A program made the position numbers and the translations under genes. A stretch of 64,000 nt of DNA from Candidatus Latescibacterota bacterium (GTDB lineage Bacteria; Latescibacterota; UBA2968; UBA8231): contig CBDETK010000013.1 of the NCBI GenBank assembly GCA_965242865.1, forward strand, positions 1,568,001 to 1,632,000, in the 5' to 3' direction. Every line of letters begins with the position of its first letter. Position 1 is the stretch's first letter. Shown here piece by piece: positions 1 to 8,700 of the stretch. The notes beneath the pieces are model-generated. The model was given only the letters and a program-made list of their open reading frames with translations. It was not told the origin of the DNA and searched no databases.

Positions 1-833
1 GCCAGCGCGTATTCGGCCTTGCCTTCGTAGTTGGTGTCGAGATACCCGGTAACCCCGGGCACATCAATGACCTCTAAGCCCGCGCTCTTGCCGATGCCGC
101 GCACCAGATCAACGGCCGAGATGACCCCGCCCTGCAACCCGTAGCGCGCCGACAAGGGCGTCAACCGCAGCGCCCGCCCTGCGCCCCACAGCCATATTGC
201 ATTGGCTGGCCGCGCTCCGCGCCCCGCACGGGCGGCATTGATCGGCGAGGCCGCCAGCAGGGGGCTGGCCGCGGCCATGAGAGCGCGAATTTTCTCGGCC
301 CCCGCGCCCGTAGGCAGATGCGCGGCCATGGACCGGCCCATGATGTCGTGCGGCGGATAGGTTTCCACGTCTTCCGGGCCGCGCTCCCACACCAGCAAGT
401 GGCGATAGCCCACCCCGGGATAGAAGCGCAACGACGGCCCCCCGAGCGCAGCCGCCAAGGTCTCCACCAATTCGGCCGCCTCGGCGCTGGCGATGTGGCC
501 GGCGCTGTAATCGACCAGCACGTCGTCTTCTCGGTAGATCAGGTTTAGGCGGAAGGCCACCCCGTCGTCGCCCAGCTCGACGCCCATGCTCGCCGCTTCC
601 AACGGCGCCCGGCCCGTGTAGTGAACGCGGCTGTCGTACCCGAAAATTTCGAGGTTGCCAATGTCGCTGCCCGGATGCCGCTGCGCCGGGATCATCTGCA
701 CCAACCCGCCCGCTCCTTCGCGGGCCAAGCGATCCATGCAGGGCGTGGCGGCCGCCTCCAACGGCGTCTGCCCGCCCAGTTCAGCGAGCGGATAATCGGC
801 CGCTCCATCGGGCACCAACACGACGTAGCGCAC
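1..833 (-). CDS. Cofactor-independent phosphoglycerate mutase family protein (ApgM / proposed homoserine kinase), runs off window start
   Basis: My translation from GTG at 833 gives MRYVVLVPDGAADYPLAELGGQTPLEAAATPCMDR, then PGSDIGNL and HYTGRAPLEAASMG, typical of ApgM-type metalloenzymes. Lies directly downstream of hom. Not in the ORF track because it is truncated. Confidence 0.85.
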   Translation of the reverse strand, partial: MRYVVLVPDGAADYPLAELGGQTPLEAAATPCMDRLAREGAGGLVQMIPAQRHPGSDIGNLEIFGYDSRVHYTGRAPLEAASMGVELGDDGVAFRLNLIYREDDVLVDYSAGHIASAEAAELVETLAAALGGPSLRFYPGVGYRHLLVWERGPEDVETYPPHDIMGRSMAAHLPTGAGAEKIRALMAAASPLLAASPINAARAGRGARPANAIWLWGAGRALRLTPLSARYGLQGGVISAVDLVRGIGKSAGLEVIDVPGVTGYLDTNYEGKAEYAL

Positions 834-834
834 G

Positions 835-2127
835 CTAGAGGTCCTCCATGCGGATGAGTTTGACCGCTCCCTGCACGGCCTCGAGTGCGGCCACGGCCTG
901 CTGCGCCCGCTGCATGGCCGCTTCGCGCGCCTCGTGCGTTACAATGACCAGCGGCACGGACCCGCCCTCAAAGTCGCGCTCCTTTTGGATGACCGAGGCA
1001 ATGCTGATGCGCTCCTCGGCCAAAATGCGCGCGATCCCCGCGAGCACCCCGGGCTGGTCGCGCACCAAGACGCGCATGAAGTAGCGCATCTGCACCTCCT
1101 CAATGGACACGACCGGGGCCGCGTCCTCGCCCAAGATCATGTCGCCGATGGATGTGCTGGCGCCGGCGGCCTTGCGCTCGACCAATTCCACCATATCCGC
1201 CACCACGGCGCTGGCTGTGGGCCGCTGCCCGGCGCCGCGACCGGAAAACACTTGCGGCCCCACCGCCGACCCCTGCACCTGAATGGCGTTGAATTCGTCG
1301 TGGATGTTGGCCAACAGCGCGTCCTCCGGCACCATGGCCGGATGCACCCGGGCCTCGACGCGCCCATCCTGCTGCTTGGCAACGGCCAACAGTTTGATCG
1401 CGTACCCCAGTTCGCGGGCGTATTCAATGTCCCGACTCTCGATTTGCTCAATGCCCTCGCAAAACACATCGCGGCCCGTGCCGGTGCAGTGAAAGGCAAT
1501 GCGACAGAGGATGGCCAACTTTTGCGCGGCGTCCATGCCGCTTACGTCCATCGTGGGGTCTGGCTCGGCATAGCCTTGGTCTTGGGCCTCTTTGAGGACG
1601 GCCGCGTAGTCGCCCGCGCCGCGGCTCATGCGCGTGAGCATGTAGTTGGTCGTGCCGTTGAGGATGCCGTATAGGGACTCGACCCGATTGGCGACCAAGC
1701 CGCTGCGCAGCGAGCGGATGATGGGGATGCCGCCCGCGACGCTGGCTTCAAACATCAAATCCGCCCCATGGGCCAGCGCCAATTCAAAAAGCTCCTCGCC
1801 CCGCTCGGCCAGCAGGGCCTTGTTGGCCGTCACCACGTCCTTGCCCTGCCGCAGGGCCTCGCATACCCACTCAAAGGCCGGGGGCGCACCGGTCAGCTCC
1901 ACCACCAGTTGCACCTCTGGGTTGGCCACGACCGCGCCGGCGTCTGCGGTCAACAGCCCCGGCGGCAAGGCCGGGTTGCGCGGCTTGGCCAAGTCGCGCA
2001 CGGCCACCCGCCGCAAGGCAAAATCTACGTGCTTGCGCCGCCGCAGCGACGCCGGCGCATCTTGCAACAGCTCCACCACGCCGCTGCCGACCGTACCGAA
2101 ACCGATTAATCCCACTCCCACTGGCAT
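835..2127 (-). CDS. hom: Homoserine dehydrogenase with C-terminal ACT domain
   Basis: GFGTVGSG Rossmann motif, VVTANKA, FEASVAGGIP, GILNGTTNY, GYAEPDPTMDVSGMDAAQK, ACT domain (DQPGVLAGIA). Confidence 0.96.
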   Translation of the reverse strand: MPVGVGLIGFGTVGSGVVELLQDAPASLRRRKHVDFALRRVAVRDLAKPRNPALPPGLLTADAGAVVANPEVQLVVELTGAPPAFEWVCEALRQGKDVVTANKALLAERGEELFELALAHGADLMFEASVAGGIPIIRSLRSGLVANRVESLYGILNGTTNYMLTRMSRGAGDYAAVLKEAQDQGYAEPDPTMDVSGMDAAQKLAILCRIAFHCTGTGRDVFCEGIEQIESRDIEYARELGYAIKLLAVAKQQDGRVEARVHPAMVPEDALLANIHDEFNAIQVQGSAVGPQVFSGRGAGQRPTASAVVADMVELVERKAAGASTSIGDMILGEDAAPVVSIEEVQMRYFMRVLVRDQPGVLAGIARILAEERISIASVIQKERDFEGGSVPLVIVTHEAREAAMQRAQQAVAALEAVQGAVKLIRMEDL

Positions 2128-2211
2128 TGGCCCAATTCCTTGTTTCCTAGCGAGTTAAAAGGGCCTAAATATAGCGGGTGCCGCGCTTTTTTGGCAAGGC
2201 GTACGCCCCGG

Positions 2212-2240
2212 TTGATGGACGCGCCGTTATATTCTATAAA
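2212..2240 (+). promoter_or_regulatory. Putative sigma70 promoter for 2275..2565
   Basis: TTGATG-17 bp-TATAAA in the AT-rich divergent intergenic region. Confidence 0.5.
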
Positions 2241-2274
2241 TTAAAGACTTTCACGCCAACCGGAGCTTGCCGCT

Positions 2275-2565
2275 ATGGACCTCGAAGCCTTCAAACGGAG
2301 CCTGCAAGAAGAAAAATCCCCCCCGACGGACTCCCTCGCCCTCCAAGCACTCTGGTACGAGGCCCTGGGCCGATGGGACCAAGCCCACGAGCTAGCCCAG
2401 CAAGCACCCGGCCCCACTGGAGCTTGGGTCCACGCTTTTTTACACCGGCTCAGGGGCGACAGAACCAACGCTGGATATTGGTATCGGCAGGCGGGCAAGC
2501 CCCATACCAAGGGGTCGGTGAACGAAGAATGGGATGAAATCGTCACCACCCTCCTCAGCGATTAG
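2275..2565 (+). CDS. Conserved small hypothetical protein
   Basis: LQALWY..G.WDQAHELAQ...AWVHAFLHR..GD..NAGYWY pattern of a widespread ~100-aa family; GGAG RBS upstream. Confidence 0.8.
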   Translation: MDLEAFKRSLQEEKSPPTDSLALQALWYEALGRWDQAHELAQQAPGPTGAWVHAFLHRLRGDRTNAGYWYRQAGKPHTKGSVNEEWDEIVTTLLSD

Positions 2566-4055
2566 CGCATCCGCCGCAACGCTCCCCACGTATGCGCTAG
2601 TTCGGCCCGGTCTTGCGGGTGGGCCCAAGTCAGGGCGGCCACCAGCCCCGCAAAGCACAGCCCCCCGACAACCACCGGCCAAAAGTCGCCGGCCAAGCCG
2701 GTGCTGACCCAGCGGCTGACCGCGGCGGCCGCGCCGACGCCCGCGCCGGTCCGCAGCAAGCGCCCCCAAGGCATGAGCCGATACCAGCCACAGCGCAAGT
2801 GCCAGCCAATCGCCCCCAACAAGAAGGCCACCTGCAAGTACGTCACCGCGGTGGTGGCTATGGCCGGGCCGAGAAAGGCCCACTCGGGGTGCGCCGCCTG
2901 CAAGTACCCAACGAGCACCCAACTCAAGCCGATATTGCAGCCCAGATCCCCCACGCTAGCCCACAGCGCCCAGCGGGCCTTGCCCATGCCCACCAGCAGC
3001 GGACTGTACGCGGCACAGCGCAGCGGCAATACCAATAGATAGATGCGGAAAACCCAAGCCGCGCGATCGTACTCCGGGAAGAGCCCGCCGATCAGCGGCC
3101 CGGCAAAAGCGAGCAGGAAGGCCGCCAGCGGCAACACCAACAAGGCCAAGCGCGAGACCGCACGCTGCCACAACGCCAGTATGGCGCGGAGCTCGCCCGC
3201 CTGAAAGAGCCGACTGACCTCCGGAATCAACACGGAGGTCACCGCCGACAGCAGCAGGCTGATCGGCACCTCAATGGCCCCAAAATTGTACTCGGCAAAC
3301 GCACCGGCCGCGAAGAAGTGCATGATCACAAAGCGATCGACGTAGCGGGAGAGACTCCCCACGGCGTCGTTGAGGCCCACCGGGCGCGTGTAGCGCACCA
3401 GCGCACCCAACCCTTCCCACCCCCACCAACGCCCGCCCCCCAGCGCCCAGCGCACGAGCCCGCAGACGACGAGCAAGCGCAACGCGCCCAAGCCAGAAAA
3501 CAGCGCCAGCACCTGCGCGGGCGTCCAGCCCAGCCCCAGTGCCCCCCACGTACCGGCGACTAAGGCACTGCCCATCGCCAGTTGCAGCCCAGCCAAATAG
3601 TGCTCGCGGTCGGCGGCCACCAAGGCCGCTTCGGCCCCGCCGCCGGCAATCGCCGCAAAGAGATAGGGCAGGAACGGCAGCAGGTACGCGGCCACCTGCT
3701 CGTCTTGCACCAGCACCGCTGCTAGCGGCGGCCCCCACCACCACAGGCTCCCGACCAATGCCAAACCCGACGCGGTCAAGCACAGCAGCACTTGGCCGAC
3801 GAGTACGCGCGGCTCGCGTCGCCGGGGAAAAAAGTAGAGCAAGCTCGTGGGCAGCCCGCACAAAAACACCGGGATCAGGGCGTTGCCCACCACCCAGACC
3901 GCGCCAAAAAGCCCGCATTCTTCCGGGGTCCAAGCGCGGGCCACCAGCGCATAGACCGCTAGGATGCTGGCGGTATTGGCGGCGCGCCCAGCGGCCACGA
4001 CGCCGATCTTGCGAGTCAGCCGCCCGGGACTGCCCGGTCCAGCCCGTTCATTCAT
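2562..4055 (-). CDS. Oligosaccharide flippase / polysaccharide biosynthesis (MOP/Wzx-like) membrane protein
   Basis: About 12-14 hydrophobic segments, GLPTSLLYF, DRFVI..FF, SVLIPEVS motifs. Start moved to the ATG at 4055 because the longer ORF overlaps the divergent gene. Confidence 0.8.
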   Translation of the reverse strand: MNERAGPGSPGRLTRKIGVVAAGRAANTASILAVYALVARAWTPEECGLFGAVWVVGNALIPVFLCGLPTSLLYFFPRRREPRVLVGQVLLCLTASGLALVGSLWWWGPPLAAVLVQDEQVAAYLLPFLPYLFAAIAGGGAEAALVAADREHYLAGLQLAMGSALVAGTWGALGLGWTPAQVLALFSGLGALRLLVVCGLVRWALGGGRWWGWEGLGALVRYTRPVGLNDAVGSLSRYVDRFVIMHFFAAGAFAEYNFGAIEVPISLLLSAVTSVLIPEVSRLFQAGELRAILALWQRAVSRLALLVLPLAAFLLAFAGPLIGGLFPEYDRAAWVFRIYLLVLPLRCAAYSPLLVGMGKARWALWASVGDLGCNIGLSWVLVGYLQAAHPEWAFLGPAIATTAVTYLQVAFLLGAIGWHLRCGWYRLMPWGRLLRTGAGVGAAAAVSRWVSTGLAGDFWPVVVGGLCFAGLVAALTWAHPQDRAELAHTWGALRRMR

Positions 4056-4065
4056 GGGGCGTCGC

Positions 4066-4094
4066 TTGACAGCGATCGCGCCGCTCCGTATAAC
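4066..4094 (+). promoter_or_regulatory. sigma70 promoter for 4141..5103
   Basis: Near-consensus TTGACA-17 bp-TATAAC. Confidence 0.7.
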
Positions 4095-4140
4095 ACCTTG
4101 CCCATCGTTGCTTTTTGATTTTCTGGTAAAGGAGGTCGCT

Positions 4141-5103
4141 ATGACCGTCAGAATCGGCTTTGTCGGCACCGGCGGTATCGCCAACCACCACCTACGCATC
4201 CTCGCTCAGCTCGACGAGGCCGAGTTGGTTGCCTTTTGCGACGTGGCCGAAGAAAAGGCCCTAGCCGCGGCCAGCGAGTACGGCGGCCGGGCCTATAGCC
4301 ACTACGAGGCCCTGTACGACAGCGAAGCACTGGACGCGGTCTATATCTGCCTGCCGCCCTTTGCCCACGCCCAGCCCGAGCTGGCGGCCATTGAGCGCGG
4401 CTTGCCCATTTTTGTCGAAAAACCCGTGGCGACTTCCTTGGCCCACGCCCGCGCCGTTGAAGCGGCCATTGGCCGCCAACACCTGATCAGCGCGGTCGGC
4501 TATCACTGGCGCTATATGGACACGACCGCCAAAGCCATCGAATGCCTCGGCGACGAGCCCGTGGGTTTTGCCCTCGGCTCTTGGACCGGCGGCATGCCCG
4601 GGGTGCCTTGGTGGCGAGTGTTGGCCGAGAGCGGCGGCCAGATCGTCGAACAAACCACGCACATTTTCGACTTGGCCCGCTACCTGCTCGGAGCGGTGGA
4701 GAGCGTCCACGCCATGGCCCGCACCGGCCTGATGCAAGACATCCCAAACTACGATGTCCACGACGCCTCGGTCGCCAATCTCCGCTTCCAAAGCGGCGCA
4801 ATAGCCAGCATCACCTCGGCCTGCATGCTCGCGGCCGGCGGGCACGTGGGCTTGGACCTCTACCAGAAAAACCAAGTTTTGCGCCTCACCTCCGGCGCGC
4901 TCACCGTGGACCGCCCCAGCGGCCGCGACGTCGTCGAGCTGGGCAACAACCCAACGCAAGCCGAGGATCGCGCCTTCCTCCAAGCCGTGCAAACCGGCGA
5001 TGCGGCCGGCATCCGCTGCTCCTACTCAGAAGCGGTCCAGACCTTGGCCGTGACCCTCGCGGCCACCCAATCGGCCGTGGAAGAGCGCGTCGTCTCCCTG
5101 TAG
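4141..5103 (+). CDS. Gfo/Idh/MocA family oxidoreductase
   Basis: IGFVGTGGIA, VEKP motif, SGGQIVEQTTHIFD; GGAGG RBS before ATG 4141. Confidence 0.92.
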   Translation: MTVRIGFVGTGGIANHHLRILAQLDEAELVAFCDVAEEKALAAASEYGGRAYSHYEALYDSEALDAVYICLPPFAHAQPELAAIERGLPIFVEKPVATSLAHARAVEAAIGRQHLISAVGYHWRYMDTTAKAIECLGDEPVGFALGSWTGGMPGVPWWRVLAESGGQIVEQTTHIFDLARYLLGAVESVHAMARTGLMQDIPNYDVHDASVANLRFQSGAIASITSACMLAAGGHVGLDLYQKNQVLRLTSGALTVDRPSGRDVVELGNNPTQAEDRAFLQAVQTGDAAGIRCSYSEAVQTLAVTLAATQSAVEERVVSL

Positions 5104-5104
5104 C

Positions 5105-5656
5105 CTACTCGTCTTCGATCAGGTCGAAGTCGTGGATGTCCTCGCCGGCTTTGGCCGAGAGGATGTCGAGCGCGGCGCAGGCCCCGTCGCCGGCCGAGAT
5201 AATGGCTTGAATTTTCTTCAGGCGCGTGCTCCAACCAATGACGTACAGCCCTTCAACCGAGGTGCGGCCGTGGCGGTCGGCGGTCAATCCGTCGGCTTCT
5301 TTGGCCACGCCCAAGCGGTCGGCCAGTGGGTTGCTCGGCCCGGTCGCGAGGATCAGGTATGGGGCTTGGTGGGTTTGGCCATCGGCGGTTTCGACGACAA
5401 AGCCCTCCTCGCCCTTTTCGACGCGGCTGACTTCGACGTCCTGAATCGCCCCGCCAAAGCCGCGCACCTGCTCGCGGCCGATCTGCTGGAACTCGGGACC
5501 GGCCATCTTGGGAATGCCCAAATAATTGTATAGCATGGCCTTGTGCATCAGGGTCTTGTCTTGGCCGAAGACGGTGACGCTCATGTCGTTTTTGGCGAGA
5601 AAGAGCGCGGCGCTCAATCCGCCCGGCCCATCTCCGACGACGATAACATCCGGCAT
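5105..5656 (-). CDS. Short FAD-dependent pyridine nucleotide-disulfide oxidoreductase (TrxB-like)
   Basis: VVGDGPGGLSAA FAD motif, LILATG, TSVEGLYVIG, QAIISAGDG. Confidence 0.85.
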   Translation of the reverse strand: MPDVIVVGDGPGGLSAALFLAKNDMSVTVFGQDKTLMHKAMLYNYLGIPKMAGPEFQQIGREQVRGFGGAIQDVEVSRVEKGEEGFVVETADGQTHQAPYLILATGPSNPLADRLGVAKEADGLTADRHGRTSVEGLYVIGWSTRLKKIQAIISAGDGACAALDILSAKAGEDIHDFDLIEDE

Positions 5657-5762
5657 TTCTCAGGCTCCTTTGGCTGTTGGTGAACAGCGCGCAAATAAGG
5701 GCGCGCCGGCGCCGGCTGTCAACTTGCCTCGGCGCGAATGCGAGCGGACGAGATCGCCGGGA

Positions 5763-8700
5763 TTATTCGTACGCCGGCTCGAACACCAGCTCTGGCACCA
5801 CTACCTCCCAAGCATCGCATTGCACACGGTCGTGGTACTGCGGGTCCGACGCGGCGCGGCTCCAAGCCACGACCGCGAACACTGCGGCAGACCGGCAGCG
5901 CGTTCTCGGTGGGGGTTCAAACGCTCGGGCCAGCTGCCCCACCACCGTCCCCGACCGGTCCAGCAGTTCCCAAGCACCCGTTTTGGCAAGCCGCATTGCT
6001 AGCCGGTCGCCGGGCGCCAAAGCGGCAATCGCACGATGCACCTGATGGTTGGCGCGGCGACGCCCCGCAAAACCCAGATCGACCTCGCGCAGGCTGGGCC
6101 GTCGATATTGACGCGAGAGTTCCGAGGTTTCCGGCGGCGAGCCGCCGGGGGTACGGTGTAAAACTGAGCCGTTGTTTGGAAAGGCATGCGGCAGCGAATG
6201 CAAGCGCCCCAAGTACGCCGGAGATTCGGGCTCCTTTACGAAATCAGGGCGCGTGGTCCCTACGGCCGGGCGCGATCCTTGAAAACGCACCAGAGCAAGG
6301 GTCTGCCGGGCGCGCGTCATGGCCACGTAGTAGAGCCGCCGCGGCGCATCCGGGTCCTCGCCCTTGTTGATTTTGTTCCAGCCTCCATCGAGCACGGCCA
6401 CGTGGTCAAACTCCAATCCCTTGGCGCGGTGTGCGGTCAACAGCAAGAGCCCGCGCTGACGGCGGCGTACATCTCGCCCCCACTCGGCCAGCCACTCAAT
6501 GAAGTGATCCACTGGCATTTCCGCGTCGCTGGTTTCTAGGGCGAACTCGTCCAACGCCTGCCCCAGCAGATCGTTCCACGGGCCGGGCCTTTGCGCCGCC
6601 AGCCAACCCCTCAGATCAGCACTGCCCACGATCCGGGTCTCTCGCCCGCGCAGCCATTCAACGAGCACTCGGGTTTCTCTCAGGTGCCAGAAGCTGGGGA
6701 TTGCCTCGTTCCCCATCTGCACTGGGATGCGGTGGACTTCGCAGAAGGCGCGTACCGGCTCCAGATACTTCCATTCGCGGGCGATCACCGCGCCCTTAGA
6801 CCAGTCCCAGTCCGGCGAGAGGGCGGCGAGGCGCAGCAACTCCGTTAGCGCAATCCACGCTTGCGCGATCGGCCCGCGCTGTGCCGGTAGAATCTGCACT
6901 CGGCCTTGCGCGACCGAATCTAGCGCGCCCCAGTCGCCGCCCGGCGGCTCCTTCGCCCGGGCCCGATCGATGCGGATGGGATGTCCGGTCTTCATCCGCT
7001 GTCGAGCCGGTTCGATCCACGCATTGGCCGATGCGATGATGTGGCCGGTGGAACGGTAGTTGTCGGTCAGGTACGTGGGCTTTGGTCCGTAATCCGCTTC
7101 AAAACGACGAATGAACGCCACCGAAGCACCGTTGAAGGCGTAGATATTCTGATCGTCGTCCCCTACGGCGAAGAGGGTGAGCTTGCGATCTTCATCTAGG
7201 GTCCGACCGGCCAAGGCCGATATCAGCTCGTATTGCTCGGCACCGATGTCTTGGTATTCGTCCACGAGTATCCAGCGAAAACCCGCGAGCAGCCGTTCCC
7301 GCTGATCGTCCGCATCCTCCGGCTCTAGCCCCTCGCCGCGCAGGAGGGCCACGGCTTGGCGCAACACCTGCTGGAATTCATCGTCGTCGAGCAGGTGCCT
7401 CTCCCGCTCTTGGAAGCTGACCCCGACCAGTCGCATGGCCAACGCATGACAGGTGAGCACGGTTACTCTGCGGGCGTCGTCGCCGATCAAATCCACGAGG
7501 CGGCGGCGGATATCGACCGCTGTGTGCCGGTTATAGGCCAAGGCCAAGATGCCGCGGGGATCCTCGCGCCTCGCCCGTACTAGGTACGCGATGCGATGCA
7601 CTAGCACGCGCGTCTTGCCGGAGCCGGGACCGGCGAGGACCAGCTGGTCCCGATCATCCGCGACGATGCGTTGCTGAATGGGATTCTTCAGGCTTTCGAC
7701 TATGGTTCGCCACGACTCGGGCGTGGTCTCCCGCGCAATCTCCTCGCCCCGCTGTGGCAACCAACGGCGGAGGAAATCCTCCTCCTTCAGGCTGAAGTAG
7801 TCAATCGCCAAGTGCAGCGCCTCGGCTATATCGTCGAGGGCCCGCTCGGCAAATTCCGCCATCACGTGGATCTGCCGCACCTGCCCCTTGTAATGGAGCT
7901 CGAGCGGTGCAAAGTCGGCCTTGGCAAAGCCGCGCCGCCCTTCGGCTTCGGCCAGCCGGATGGTCATGGCCGGGCGGAATACGGCTAGCCCCTTGTTCAG
8001 GCGGATGACCTCCTGCTCGTGTAGCCAGAGGAGGGCGCGGTCCAGCAACTTCTCGATGTTCCTGCTCTTGCTCTTTAGGAATAGGTCGGACGAGATCGCT
8101 TCCAACAGCTTGCCGAGGGTCGTCTCAGCGAGCAGGTCCACGCCCCGACTGCCGGGCGGCAGACAAGCGAGCAAGTGATTGAGCAAGAGCTTCGCCCCCT
8201 CGCGCCGGCGCGACGCGAGTTCCTCCAAATCCGCCCACTCGCGCCGCAGGGTCACCTGCACCGTCTCGGCATCCCGCTGTCGCACCCCAAGGCTGCCGGC
8301 GTCGCCCCCTTCGCCGCGCCCGTCGTAAGCAATGCTGCGGATAATGCGCCGCAGCCGTTCCGGCAGCGGATCGGCCACGCCCGCATCGCGCAGCGTTTGT
8401 GCGGCGACGCGCAAATGCAAGGGGGCGGCGTCTCCCTTGCCCATATCCGGGGCCAACTCGCGCAGCTGTGCGATCAGGGCGGTCTCCAACTCGGCCGCCG
8501 CAGCAAAGCGCTTCTGCGAACTGTGCTTAACGCCTGCGTGGACGAAGGCGGTCAGGGCCGTATCGTTGCTCGCGATGCCCAAGCGCTCCAAGTCGAACAG
8601 GGCACCACGCACCCCTTCGGCACTCAGGCCGGATACGCCCATTAGAGCGTCGGTGGAGATGCCCTCGTCGGGGTCGGCGTCAATCAGGGTCTCGGCGATT

